From contig CAKOSN010000006.1 in the NCBI GenBank assembly GCA_934102255.1, positions 11,574 to 75,573 of the forward strand: a stretch of 64,000 nucleotides of DNA, read 5' to 3'. The translations under genes and the position numbers were made by a program. The notes beneath the pieces were generated by a model. That model made no database searches. It was not told the origin of the DNA and saw only the letters and a program-made list of their open reading frames with translations. Source of the stretch: an uncultured Bacilli bacterium. GTDB taxonomy: Bacteria > Bacillota_I > Bacilli_A > RF39 > UBA660. This document shows, in pieces, positions 31,702 to 41,845 of this stretch. Position 1 is the first letter of the stretch. Every line of letters begins with the position of its first letter.

Positions 31702-33066
31702 CTATTTCCTTACAAAAGTGCGTTTACTTTTCTTAGCATTCATAAATAATTCTTGAAAAATTCTACTATTATGAATTCTATTTAAAGCACTTTCTTCTAT
31801 TTGTTTTACTCTTTGAGCCGTTACTCCTAAATAATCCCCAATCATTTTAAGCGGATATTCATCAGGACTGCCATTAAAATGAAATCTATAATAGATTACT
31901 ACTTTTTCGTTATAACTTAAAGCAATACTATTTAAAACAATTTTTAACTTTCTTTTAACTTCTAAATCCTCTAAATCACTTTCAATATCGATTGATTCAT
32001 CAGGTATTAAATCAATGGCCCTTGTTTCATTATCATCAAAAGATACAAAATCATCTAAACGAATGTCACTTCTTCTTAAACTAATAATTTTATTTAAACG
32101 CTCAACTGATACTCCTAATTTTAAAGCCGCCTCACTAAGCGTAGGCATACTATCATTTTTTAAATAATAATCATCTTGAAACTGCATATAATTATTATAT
32201 AATGTAACATCGCTACTACCAAGTCTAACTGAATTTTCCTTAGTTCTTATAAACCTCGTCATAGCATCTTTAACCCAGTAATCAGCATAAGTCGCAAATC
32301 TTGTATTACAAGTACTATCAAACTTTTTAATAGCAATTAATAAACCAGTAATTCCTTCTTCTACTAAATCATCCACACTAATTTGACCACTAGCGTATCT
32401 AATCGCCCTTTTGTTTATCAACTTAATATTTCTTAAAACCAACTCTTCCGTCGCATTCTTATCACCACTTTGGGCTTTTAATACTACTTTTAACTCCTCT
32501 TCACTACTATTAAAAGGAGGCAATGCATAACCATAATAAGGATACTTGCTATTAGGACTTATTAAATCTATATCTATATTTTCTAAATCACAATAAGTAT
32601 AAATAAACTCCCTAGTTACTTCATTAGAAACACTTTTCATTAAAGAACCATTCTTTAAATAAACCATATTTTCTTTTAAAGCTTCTCTTACTATTTTATT
32701 TAAAACCTCGTTATCAAGAAGCAATCTTTTTATCATAACATTATTTATTTTATAATTACCAATTTCACATAAATAACTAATACTATCAAGCCCCATAACC
32801 CATTTAGTAGTCCCCTTTAGTTCTATATTTATATAATCATTTATAACCTCATAAGGATTACTACTCATTTTATCTCTTAAATAATCTCTAACTAAACTTT
32901 CTATCTCCATTAAATAACTACTTGCTATATCAACATCTAAAGTAGTCTTTCTTCTATATTTCTTGGTAATATCATTTACTAAATTTTTTAAAGCTTTTCT
33001 CTCTTTAAATAAGAAACGGTACTTTAAAAACACCATATTAAACACACTTTTTAAAACTTCTTCCAT
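31702..33066 (-). CDS. Sigma-70 family factor with a ~190-aa N-terminal extension (paralogue B)
   Basis: Start taken at the ATG with AGAGGGA upstream (MEEVLKSVF..., M13 of the tracked ORF). Region 2: DLVEEGITGLLIAIKKFDSTCNTRFATYADYWVKDAM. Region 4: YNEKVVIYYRF...IGDYLGVTAQRVKQIEESALNRI. Confidence 0.8.
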   Translation of the reverse strand: MEEVLKSVFNMVFLKYRFLFKERKALKNLVNDITKKYRRKTTLDVDIASSYLMEIESLVRDYLRDKMSSNPYEVINDYINIELKGTTKWVMGLDSISYLCEIGNYKINNVMIKRLLLDNEVLNKIVREALKENMVYLKNGSLMKSVSNEVTREFIYTYCDLENIDIDLISPNSKYPYYGYALPPFNSSEEELKVVLKAQSGDKNATEELVLRNIKLINKRAIRYASGQISVDDLVEEGITGLLIAIKKFDSTCNTRFATYADYWVKDAMTRFIRTKENSVRLGSSDVTLYNNYMQFQDDYYLKNDSMPTLSEAALKLGVSVERLNKIISLRRSDIRLDDFVSFDDNETRAIDLIPDESIDIESDLEDLEVKRKLKIVLNSIALSYNEKVVIYYRFHFNGSPDEYPLKMIGDYLGVTAQRVKQIEESALNRIHNSRIFQELFMNAKKSKRTFVRK

Positions 33067-33353
33067 CCAAATCCCTCTTTTCAAGTTCAAATAGTATACC
33101 ATAATTTTTCTAAATTTAAATATGTATTTTTAAGAAATTTCAACTATTTGTAACTTTAAAGTTTAAGTTATATTTTTACTTTTATATCTAGAATAATTTA
33201 ACACGACCAACCGCTTTCTAAAAAAGTATTTCTAAAAAGACTGTGAATAAATAGTTACTTTATAAATTTAGACTTTTCTTTTTAGTAATAAAGTTTTACA
33301 ATGTTTTTACATCTTTATAAGATGAATAATATATTTATAATAGAAAGGAATTT

Positions 33354-34301
33354 ATGCAAGAATTTTTAATATATATAAAACAAGAAATAAAAAGAAAGGT
33401 TAAATTAGAAAAAGATAAAGAAGAATTAACTGATAAGAAAATTATACCTTTATTAGAAAAGGAAAATGATTTAAATAACGATGAAAAAAAGTGTTACTAC
33501 ATTAAATTATATACAGGCCTGTATTTTAACAATTTAAAAGTATTATCTAATTTAGAAAGTAATAATATCTCTTTAGGAATATTCCCTAGTAATTTAAGTA
33601 TCTATCTTTTAGATAATAGTTTTACTAAGTTTTTTACTAGTACTTCTTATATTACATTTATTACAAGATATAAACCTTATTTACACAGTTTTTTTCTATC
33701 TATTAAAGATTTAGATATATTTGAAAAAGAAAACTATATTAAAAGATTTATAAAGTTATTAACTTATTTAAATAATACTTTAAAATCTTTGGAAAGTGAT
33801 TCTAGAGTTCTCATAAACAGTTTATTTGCCAAAAAGTCTCTAGATACTTTTACTGATAAAACTTATATGAGTGCTAATAAAGAACAATTAACTAATATAA
33901 TTGCGCCGCTAGAATTTACTCCTAGTAGTGCTACTATAAAAAGGTTAAACTATCTAATGACTGAAAAAGGTTTTACAATGTTTTTTCATAATTATGATTT
34001 AATGTTTGAGTTATTTAGTGATGAAGAATTAATCAATATACAAACTTCGCCAGAATATTTTTTTCAAAAGGCTTTAGATTATGGTCTTGATATTACTAGA
34101 TGTTTATATATCTATAATCATTATCCTGATATCATTTATAACTGTGGATGTCTAAGTAGTGAAATATTTAGTAGATATTCTAATGATGAAATAATCTATT
34201 TAAGTAAAACCATTAATTTTAGTAGTCAAAACGCTCCTAAAAGTTTAAAATCATATGATTTTAAAAGAAGAGTTTTATCTCTTCTTCCCTGGACTAAATA
34301 A
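33354..34301 (+). CDS. Hypothetical protein
   Basis: 315-aa ORF, divergent from the sigma-factor pair. I recognise no motif. Confidence 0.5.
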   Translation: MQEFLIYIKQEIKRKVKLEKDKEELTDKKIIPLLEKENDLNNDEKKCYYIKLYTGLYFNNLKVLSNLESNNISLGIFPSNLSIYLLDNSFTKFFTSTSYITFITRYKPYLHSFFLSIKDLDIFEKENYIKRFIKLLTYLNNTLKSLESDSRVLINSLFAKKSLDTFTDKTYMSANKEQLTNIIAPLEFTPSSATIKRLNYLMTEKGFTMFFHNYDLMFELFSDEELINIQTSPEYFFQKALDYGLDITRCLYIYNHYPDIIYNCGCLSSEIFSRYSNDEIIYLSKTINFSSQNAPKSLKSYDFKRRVLSLLPWTK

Positions 34302-34308
34302 GTCCTTT

Positions 34309-34566
34309 TTATTTTTGAAAATTTTTAGCAACACTTTCAAGCTTTACTTCTTCCATACGGTATTTTTGTTTAACGTTTGGATACTTTTCATGGTCCACTT
34401 CACTTAGAAACATCTCATAAGGTCTAGCATATACCAAAGCCTCACCATATAAAGCACGATAGATAACTAATTTTTCCTTTGTTTCACTGTGAATTGCCGT
34501 TCCTAATACTAAATAGTAATCACCTTTAAAATGACGATAAATTCCATTTACTTTTAATTCTCTCAT
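34309..34566 (-). CDS. DUF1653-family protein
   Basis: 85-aa [36 protein letters not shown]...YARPYEMF matches the DUF1653 pattern. Confidence 0.65.
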   Translation of the reverse strand: MRELKVNGIYRHFKGDYYLVLGTAIHSETKEKLVIYRALYGEALVYARPYEMFLSEVDHEKYPNVKQKYRMEEVKLESVAKNFQK

Positions 34567-34689
34567 AAATTAATTTCGTTAAGTCTTAATATTCTTAACA
34601 TTACCTTTCTTAAAAATATTATATCTTTATTAAATTTACAAAACAATTATTTTTTTCTAAAATCAGTCATTTTAGGTGTCAAACTAGAT

Positions 34690-34761
34690 TTTTCGTACAT
34701 TTTGTACGGATTTAGCGCTTATTTTCGTACATTTTGTACGTTTTTACACCGTTTTGGTGTA
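34690..34761. promoter_or_regulatory. Cluster of palindromic operator-like repeats upstream of the AAA/DUF4143 gene
   Basis: TTTTCGTACATTTTGTACG occurs twice (34690..34708 and 34722..34740), each containing CGTAC-N5-GTACG. A third palindrome, TACACC-GTTTT-GGTGTA, lies at 34745..34761. Confidence 0.4.
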
Positions 34762-34806
34762 CAATTAGGTAATTTTATTATAAAATTATTATGAGGTGAA
34801 CAAATT

Positions 34807-36108
34807 ATGTACAGAAAAATAACTAAAACATTAATGGAATGGAAAGATAATTTCAAAAAACCATTAATGCTAATTGGAGCTAGACAAACCGGTAAAACTT
34901 ATATTATTTCTGAATTTTGTAATCAAAATTTTGAAAACTATCTTTATATTAATTTAGAAAAAGAAGAAAATATTCAGAAAATCTTTCAGGATACTATTGA
35001 CCCAGAAGAAATAATTGAACAAATAAAAATAATTAAAAACATCAGATTTAATATCGAAGATACAATAATTTTTCTAGATGAAATTCAAGTAAGTGAAGAT
35101 GCAATTACATCATTAAAATATTTTTGTGAAAGTAAACTTCCTTACAAAATTATTTGTGCCGGTTCATTATTAGGAGTTAAAATAAATCGTTTTAAAAAAT
35201 CATTTCCTGTTGGCAAAGTTAACATAAAATATTTATATCCTATGGATTTTGAAGAATTTTTAATTGCTTTAGATGAATTAGAATTAATTAATATGATTAA
35301 AAAGCACTACATATCTATGGAATCAATGCCAAGTGTTATTCATGAAAAGGCTTGTGATTTATACAGAAAATATCTAATCATTGGTGGCATGCCAGAAGTT
35401 GTTAAAAATTTTATTGATAATAATAAAAATTTATCTGAGCTTAACTTAGAGCTTCAAGAACAAATTATTACATCTTATCTTGCTGATATGAACAAATATA
35501 CAAATAATACAGAAAGTATTAAAAATGCTAAAATTTATAATGCTATTCCTAAAGAATTAGCTAGAGAAAATAATACTTTCAAATATAGTATTGTTGATGA
35601 AAGTGCTAGAAGCGAAAGATATGAATCTAGTCTTGATTGGTTATTAGCAGCTAATATGATTTTAAAATGTAACTTAGTAAATAGAAACGAATCGCCACTT
35701 AAAGCTTTTATGGATGAAAATAAATTTAAGATTTATTTAAGTGATACTGGTCTTCTTAGAGCTTTAGCAAATATCGATTATAGAGAAATACTATTAGATA
35801 ACAATTCAATGTTTAAAGGTGCTTTAACTGAAAATTATGTAATTTGTAACTTATATCCAACATTTAAAGAACTTTGTTATTATACATTTAGTCAATTTGA
35901 GATAGACTTTCTTATAAAAATAGATGGTGACATTATTCCTATTGAAGTAAAAGCTAAAACTAATACCAAGAGTAAAAGTCTTAATGAGTATATTGCTAAA
36001 TATAATCCTAAATACGCTATTCGCTTATCTCTAAAAAACTTTGGTTTTGAAAATAATATTAAATCTATTCCGTTATATGCAATTTTTTGCATTGAAAAAC
36101 AGTCCTAA
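34807..36108 (+). CDS. AAA-type ATPase with a DUF4143-like C-terminal domain
   Basis: 433-aa ORF with Walker A (LIGARQTGKTY) and Walker B (IIFLDEIQ). Overall layout matches the AAA_14/DUF4143 family. Confidence 0.7.
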   Translation: MYRKITKTLMEWKDNFKKPLMLIGARQTGKTYIISEFCNQNFENYLYINLEKEENIQKIFQDTIDPEEIIEQIKIIKNIRFNIEDTIIFLDEIQVSEDAITSLKYFCESKLPYKIICAGSLLGVKINRFKKSFPVGKVNIKYLYPMDFEEFLIALDELELINMIKKHYISMESMPSVIHEKACDLYRKYLIIGGMPEVVKNFIDNNKNLSELNLELQEQIITSYLADMNKYTNNTESIKNAKIYNAIPKELARENNTFKYSIVDESARSERYESSLDWLLAANMILKCNLVNRNESPLKAFMDENKFKIYLSDTGLLRALANIDYREILLDNNSMFKGALTENYVICNLYPTFKELCYYTFSQFEIDFLIKIDGDIIPIEVKAKTNTKSKSLNEYIAKYNPKYAIRLSLKNFGFENNIKSIPLYAIFCIEKQS

Positions 36109-36133
36109 GTTAAAACTTAAAACTGTTTTTTTA
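36094..36133. terminator. Bidirectional terminator between the convergent AAA-ATPase and trpS genes
   Basis: GAAAAACAGT-N17-AACTGTTTTT with flanking A/T runs. Confidence 0.55.
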
Positions 36134-37180
36134 TTACTCTTCAAAATAATCAAGCATCATAGCTTTTTTAACTCTACGAAGTGTTTCACTAGCTTTAGCG
36201 CGAGCTCTTTTAGTACCTTCTCTTAAAACTTGATAAACATATTCCGGATTTTTAGCTAATTCTTCTCTTCTTTCTCTAATTGGTTTTAATTCTTCTTGTA
36301 AAACATCATTTAAGAACTTTTTAATTTTCATATCACCTAAACCACCACGACGATAATGTTCCTTTAATTCATCTAAATTTTTATATTCTGGTAAATATTT
36401 TGCAAATGAATCTTCCTTACAAAATACATCTAAATAAGTAAATACGACATTACCTTCTACCTTACCAGGGTCAGCTATCTTAATATGATTTGGATCGGTA
36501 TACATTCCCATAACTTTTCTTTTAATTTCTTCTGGACTATCTTTTAAATAAATACAATTACCAATCGATTTACTCATTTTAGCATTACCATCAGTACCAA
36601 CTAGTCTTCTTTCATTAACATTTTCTGGAATTAAGGCTTCCGGTTCTACTAAAGTTTCTCCATAAATTGAATTAAACTTACGAACTATTTCTCTAGCTTG
36701 TTCAATCATTGGTAACTGGTCTTCACCAACAGGAATTAAAGTTCCCATGAATGCTGTAATATCAGCCGTTTGACTTACTGGATAAGTAAAGAAACCAGCC
36801 GGAATACTATCTTCAAAACCTCTTAACTTAATTTCTTCTTTGACAGTTGGATTACGATATAATCTTGATACCGTTACTAAATTCATATAATAAAATGTTA
36901 ACTCAGTAAGTTCTGGTACTTCTGATTGAATAAAATAGCACACTTTATTTGGGTCTATCCCACAAGCTAAATTATCAAGTGCCACCTCAAATACATTATC
37001 TCTTACTTTTTTAGGATTATCAAAATTATCTGTTAAAGCTTGAGCATCCGCTGCAAACAAATACATTTCATCATAATCTCCTTGATTTTGAAGTTTAACT
37101 CTGTTTTTTAAAGAACCTACATAATGTCCAATATGAAGTGGACCAGTTGGTCTTTCTCCTGTTAATATAATTTTTTTCAT
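36134..37180 (-). CDS. trpS: Tryptophanyl-tRNA synthetase
   Basis: 348-aa ORF with the HIGH motif region [12 protein letters not shown], the KMSKS motif (AKMSKS), and GEDQLPMIE. Confidence 0.9.
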   Translation of the reverse strand: MKKIILTGERPTGPLHIGHYVGSLKNRVKLQNQGDYDEMYLFAADAQALTDNFDNPKKVRDNVFEVALDNLACGIDPNKVCYFIQSEVPELTELTFYYMNLVTVSRLYRNPTVKEEIKLRGFEDSIPAGFFTYPVSQTADITAFMGTLIPVGEDQLPMIEQAREIVRKFNSIYGETLVEPEALIPENVNERRLVGTDGNAKMSKSIGNCIYLKDSPEEIKRKVMGMYTDPNHIKIADPGKVEGNVVFTYLDVFCKEDSFAKYLPEYKNLDELKEHYRRGGLGDMKIKKFLNDVLQEELKPIRERREELAKNPEYVYQVLREGTKRARAKASETLRRVKKAMMLDYFEE

Positions 37181-37199
37181 AAATAAATACCTCCTATAT

Positions 37200-37420
37200 A
37201 AAAAGTCTCACTCTAACAAATTAGAATAAGACTTATACTCATTGCCACTAAATTGTACTAACATACAACACTTATTTTAACGGTTAAGTAATCCGTACTA
37301 GCCTACTTAAATCGGCAAGTCTCTCCATAGCCCATTCAATAAATACTAGTTACAGTATTTCACCAACCTACTGCTCTCTAAAAACGTCTATTTACCTACT
37401 CTTCTATATCAGCGATTTCT
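37200..37420 (-). promoter_or_regulatory. T-box riboswitch leader (Trp specifier) for trpS
   Basis: On the minus strand: AGAGAG, GGTTGGTGAAA, specifier context GAA-UGG-G (37332..37334), a divergent T-box core TTAGTGGCAATGAG, then terminator AGTCTTATTCTAA-TTTG-TTAGAGTGAGACT plus a T-run. Confidence 0.7.
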
Positions 37421-37425
37421 TCTTT

Positions 37426-37455
37426 ATTTTAGTAAAAATTTCTAATATTTGTCAA
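37426..37455 (-). promoter_or_regulatory. Promoter of the trpS T-box leader
   Basis: TTGACA-N18-TAAAAT on the minus strand. Confidence 0.55.
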
Positions 37456-37458
37456 TAC

Positions 37459-38613
37459 CTAATTAGTACTAAATGATTCTAAAAATCCTTTAATAACAGC
37501 GTTATTCATTAAAGTATTATATACTTCTTCATTTATTTTAATTGCATCATCATCGCTTAAAGTAGTAAAATTACTCACATTAGTAAAATCACTAACATCA
37601 TAGCTTAACAAAATATCTAATTTATAATTATCATTAATACTTATTATATAATTAACATCATTACCAACATCATTTTTAACTAAAATAATATTCCATTCTT
37701 TAATAACAGTATCTTCATTATACATTTTCCAAGTAATATTTAAATTATCATTCTTGCTAAAATTATACTCTAATACTTTAATATTATCTAAATAAGTAAT
37801 AAAACTAATATTTTTATTAACTTTATCATAATTTATTTTAAAAGAACTACTTTCTATTTTATAATCTATTATTATATTATCATCATTTATATTAATAGTT
37901 ACTATATCTTTAATTTCAATTCTCTTAATCTTTTTAAACTTAGTATATATATTTACATAATATTCACTATTTTCTAAATCTAAATCATCTAAATTTATAT
38001 TTTTTAATAATATACTAAGCATCTCTTTATTTAATTTATAACTATAAACCGTTACCAAAGTATTCTCATTATTAACATCAATTTTTATCCTTTTCTTTGT
38101 AATATTTTTATTGTCAAGAATATTAGATATACTACCAATATCAGAAATAATACCTTCAAAATTATCATTAGACAAAGAAACATAATTATTAACATTATTT
38201 TTTATGTTAATTAATTCTTCTTCTTTTAAATCAAATTTATATAAATCATCACTTCTTTTTAAATATAATTCATTATTCTGTAAGCTATAAGTTATATCAT
38301 TACCGTTTGTTTTAATACTTCCTTCATAATAATTATTATCTTTATAAATACCAGCAAGCTCGATAACTTCATTTGTATTAATATCAGTTAATTTTCCTCT
38401 TACGCTAAACGATTTTGAACTATCATAGCCATAATTAAAGAATTCACTATTTAATGTCGATAGTTCATTTTGAATCATACTAATTGCTTTTTCATAAATT
38501 TTTGTTTTATCACTCAACTTATCATAAGCTAAAAGTACTAATAAACAAATAAGAACTATTCCCGCCATAATTATAACAATCTTTGCCCAAGGCTGACTTT
38601 TCTTTTTTTTCAT
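37459..38613 (-). CDS. Hypothetical N-terminally anchored protein, co-transcribed with the pilin-like giant
   Basis: 384-aa ORF with an N-terminal TM helix (WAKIVIIMAGIVLICLLVLLAY). It starts 14 nt downstream of the 750-aa gene. Confidence 0.55.
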   Translation of the reverse strand: MKKKKSQPWAKIVIIMAGIVLICLLVLLAYDKLSDKTKIYEKAISMIQNELSTLNSEFFNYGYDSSKSFSVRGKLTDINTNEVIELAGIYKDNNYYEGSIKTNGNDITYSLQNNELYLKRSDDLYKFDLKEEELINIKNNVNNYVSLSNDNFEGIISDIGSISNILDNKNITKKRIKIDVNNENTLVTVYSYKLNKEMLSILLKNINLDDLDLENSEYYVNIYTKFKKIKRIEIKDIVTININDDNIIIDYKIESSSFKINYDKVNKNISFITYLDNIKVLEYNFSKNDNLNITWKMYNEDTVIKEWNIILVKNDVGNDVNYIISINDNYKLDILLSYDVSDFTNVSNFTTLSDDDAIKINEEVYNTLMNNAVIKGFLESFSTN

Positions 38614-38627
38614 TCAATACTCCTTCT

Positions 38628-40880
38628 TTAATAGCATAATAAGTCATAAGTTGGAATAGCACCGAGATATCTCTTACACCTTACATCTGCATTCATAATT
38701 TGAGACTTATTGCCAAGTTTATCAACCGCTTCAATAGTTATCTTATCTAAATATAAAACTAAGAAATTACACTTTGAACCAGGATAACATGTTTTTTTAC
38801 TTTCAAACCATCCGGGATTTATCACAAGGTTATATTTTTCTAAACCAACGCCTGAATCTTTAAACGACCAGTCTATATTAATTAGTATTGGTGAAGCTTT
38901 AGAAACAACATTAGCAGAACCAAACCATTGTGAAAGTGGGTTTTTCTTATATAAAATTTTACAATTATAACCGTTGCAGGTTACTTCTGTAACGTTCCAA
39001 TCCAAAAATGAACTTGCATTCAATACATTTAAATCAGGACCCTCTTTATCAACATAAACTTTAGCATTTTTTGTACATGTCTTACTATTACCAGCATTAT
39101 CCTTAACCTCATAACTTAAATTAGCTGTTTTAGTTGTTCCTGAATTATAATTCCAGGTTTTACTAACAGTATCTGAATTACAACCACTTCCAGAGTCTTT
39201 GCAAGTAGCCTTTATATTTTGAGCTTTCGTTGTCCATGTACTATTTTCTCCAGTCCATTCACAAGTTGGTGGCGTTGAATCTTTTTTAATATTTATCTTA
39301 CAACTATTAGTATTACCAGCTTTATCTTTAACGTAACCATAATAAGTAATACCATTACTATCAGTATCATCTTTTACTGTAGCATCTTTACTATTATTAT
39401 AAACAGGACTGCTACTAGTACTTATACCATATTCGCTAACTCCACTCAAATTATCGCTAGTTACTAATTTAAGCTTAACATCGGTATTATACCAATCAGT
39501 CTGGTCTTCATAACAAGTTTCTACGTTTTCATAAACATCATGACATGTTTTAAAAATCCAGACACCTATACATTTTTCACCAGTTTTAACAGTTTCTGTC
39601 GTACAGTGTTTATTGACACCACTACCTCCAGATACTACTTTTATCTCACAAGTAGGTGGCGTTGTATCAACATTAACCGCCACATCTTTTGAGCATACCT
39701 CAGTATTTCCAACATTATCTTTAATCGACCATTCTACTTTTTTATACTGTTTTTCTTCAGTTTCAGTTTCTGTTACATCAAAAGTTGCACATCCAGTACC
39801 AATATCATTATAACACCCATAAGTATAAGTATAACTTCTAGACCAGCTTGGATTATCAACAGGTTCTTTACATACCGGTTTATTATTATCAATACCAGTA
39901 ACATTAACTTCTACTGCTTTACTAATATTGCCAACATTATCTTTAGCATAAGCATAATAAGTTTTATTTATAGAAACATCTTTAAAATTATCTTTAGACG
40001 CAATGTTAAATACTGGTGTATCGGTTTCATTTTCCATTAAAGCATAACCATATTCTGCAATACCGGAACCAGACCCATCACTGCCATTAAAAGTTATCCT
40101 TTTACTTCCTGTTTCATACTCAGCGCTCATATCAACATTTAAACTAGGTGCCTCTTTATCAATTCTTACATGAACATTTTGTTTATATTGTATACCTGCT
40201 GCTTCAATTTGAACATTAATACTGGAATTATAAACTAAAACCGTTGATACTTTATAAATATTTACGTATCTTTCATCATTAGTAGCACTATAGGTTAAAT
40301 TACCAGTCTTTACACCTGAATTAGTACCCCACGTAATTTTAACATCAGAAACACTAGGTAAAGTCCTAGGGTCTAAAAACAAATATACATCTTTAACCGT
40401 CCATTTAATATCTTTATTACTGCCTATGTCTGGATAATTTATGGTATCACCATTTTCAATTTCATAAGCATATATTTTAATCTTTGATGATGCAATATCA
40501 GTATCAGCCAAATTACAGTTTGTACTATCAGTTACCAAAACTTCATAATCATCTAAATCTCTTTTAATATTAATATTATAACAATCAAGATATCCTCCTA
40601 AAGGGTTACTTATTTTCTCATTTTTATCCGTTTCTCTTTCTGCTTCTAAATAGCCTTCCATTATTAATTTAGCAACACTTATTGTTTCATTATTAATGCT
40701 ATTACCCTCAGCGTAATCAAGAGCCTTCGTCTTTATAAGCTCTATCTTATTAGCTAAGGCTTTTTCTTTAATACTCTTACTAATTCCATTATAACTAGCA
40801 GTTGCAATAGTTACTAAAATACCAATAATAACAATAACTGCCAGTAACTCTGGAATAGTAAAACCTTTATCTTTCTTCAT
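38628..40880 (-). CDS. Large protein with a prepilin-type N-terminal cleavage/methylation signal and Cys-rich Ig-like repeats
   Basis: 750-aa ORF. MKKDKG|FTIPELLAVIVIIGILVTIATASY is a class III signal (G-F-T-x-x-E plus a hydrophobic helix). Five repeats end in D(N/K)xGN: DNVGNISK, DNVGNTEVC, DKAGNTNSC, DNAGNSKTC, DKLGNKSQ. TPPTCE linkers recur and there are many Cys. Confidence 0.7.
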   Translation of the reverse strand: MKKDKGFTIPELLAVIVIIGILVTIATASYNGISKSIKEKALANKIELIKTKALDYAEGNSINNETISVAKLIMEGYLEAERETDKNEKISNPLGGYLDCYNINIKRDLDDYEVLVTDSTNCNLADTDIASSKIKIYAYEIENGDTINYPDIGSNKDIKWTVKDVYLFLDPRTLPSVSDVKITWGTNSGVKTGNLTYSATNDERYVNIYKVSTVLVYNSSINVQIEAAGIQYKQNVHVRIDKEAPSLNVDMSAEYETGSKRITFNGSDGSGSGIAEYGYALMENETDTPVFNIASKDNFKDVSINKTYYAYAKDNVGNISKAVEVNVTGIDNNKPVCKEPVDNPSWSRSYTYTYGCYNDIGTGCATFDVTETETEEKQYKKVEWSIKDNVGNTEVCSKDVAVNVDTTPPTCEIKVVSGGSGVNKHCTTETVKTGEKCIGVWIFKTCHDVYENVETCYEDQTDWYNTDVKLKLVTSDNLSGVSEYGISTSSSPVYNNSKDATVKDDTDSNGITYYGYVKDKAGNTNSCKINIKKDSTPPTCEWTGENSTWTTKAQNIKATCKDSGSGCNSDTVSKTWNYNSGTTKTANLSYEVKDNAGNSKTCTKNAKVYVDKEGPDLNVLNASSFLDWNVTEVTCNGYNCKILYKKNPLSQWFGSANVVSKASPILINIDWSFKDSGVGLEKYNLVINPGWFESKKTCYPGSKCNFLVLYLDKITIEAVDKLGNKSQIMNADVRCKRYLGAIPTYDLLCY

Positions 40881-41068
40881 TTCACACTTCCTATCTTACC
40901 TAAAGTTTACCACAACTTAAAGAAGAAAAAAAGAAAAAATAAGCTATCCGGAAATCAAATAATTATTTTTTTAACAGTCTTCTTTTATTTTACATTCAGA
41001 AAAATTCTAAATATATAATTAATAATACTGAAGTAACAGAGGAAGAGTACAATGATAACATTGGAATA

Positions 41069-41590
41069 ATGTTGCTTGGAAGTGGTTTTTATAGTAATAG
41101 TTCATACAAAATTACTACGAGTATTGTAAAGTTGAGTTCTACTTTTAGGTATAAAATCAGTATTGTTTGGCAGACAATACCTAGTGTGAGAAGTTATGAT
41201 ATTTTGGGTATTGGAATTAATAGTAATGTAAAAGTAAATTCAGCACCATATTTTAGCATGACATATTGTTATTCAGTTAATAATTGTAAAACTGTGCAAA
41301 CATCTATGAAAAGGGTTTTTACGACTGGTGCAGGAGTGACGTTTAAATGGACTAGTGAAAATTTAACTAGTGCTAATGCATATTTTTATTTCGATGTTTC
41401 AAAAAATACCAATAATACTTTGAAGAGTTTATCTGCGTATGGTGCATACGCTAATGCTGAAAAAAATGTTTCAGTTAATGTATCTGATAATTATTCTGTT
41501 AATTCACTTGGAATAAATTTAAATAGCACTTATCTGGACAGTTATAATAGACACTCAAAAATTACAGCATCATGGACAGGCAGTTGGTAA
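41069..41590 (+). CDS. Hypothetical protein, possibly a 5'-truncated fragment
   Basis: 173-aa ORF. The frame is open 16 codons further upstream (to the stop at 41018) without a start codon or signal peptide. I recognise no family. Confidence 0.35.
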   Translation: MLLGSGFYSNSSYKITTSIVKLSSTFRYKISIVWQTIPSVRSYDILGIGINSNVKVNSAPYFSMTYCYSVNNCKTVQTSMKRVFTTGAGVTFKWTSENLTSANAYFYFDVSKNTNNTLKSLSAYGAYANAEKNVSVNVSDNYSVNSLGINLNSTYLDSYNRHSKITASWTGSW

Positions 41591-41845
41591 TTCTACTATT
41601 TTCTATAAATATCTAATAAATTGAACTTGTAAGTAGTTAAATAATTAGTCTTCTTTTGTTAAATTAATATCATGAAAGAAGATAGTAAAGGAGATAGTCC
41701 GATGATAACATATTAATACTAAACACGTTAACTTATTATTATGTTAATTTAATAACGATTGATATAGTAAGATAACTGGTTTAAGAATAGCATACATAAA
41801 AATAATTAAAGAAAGGTAGTTTTGTAAAAAAATTAGGTAAGAAAA

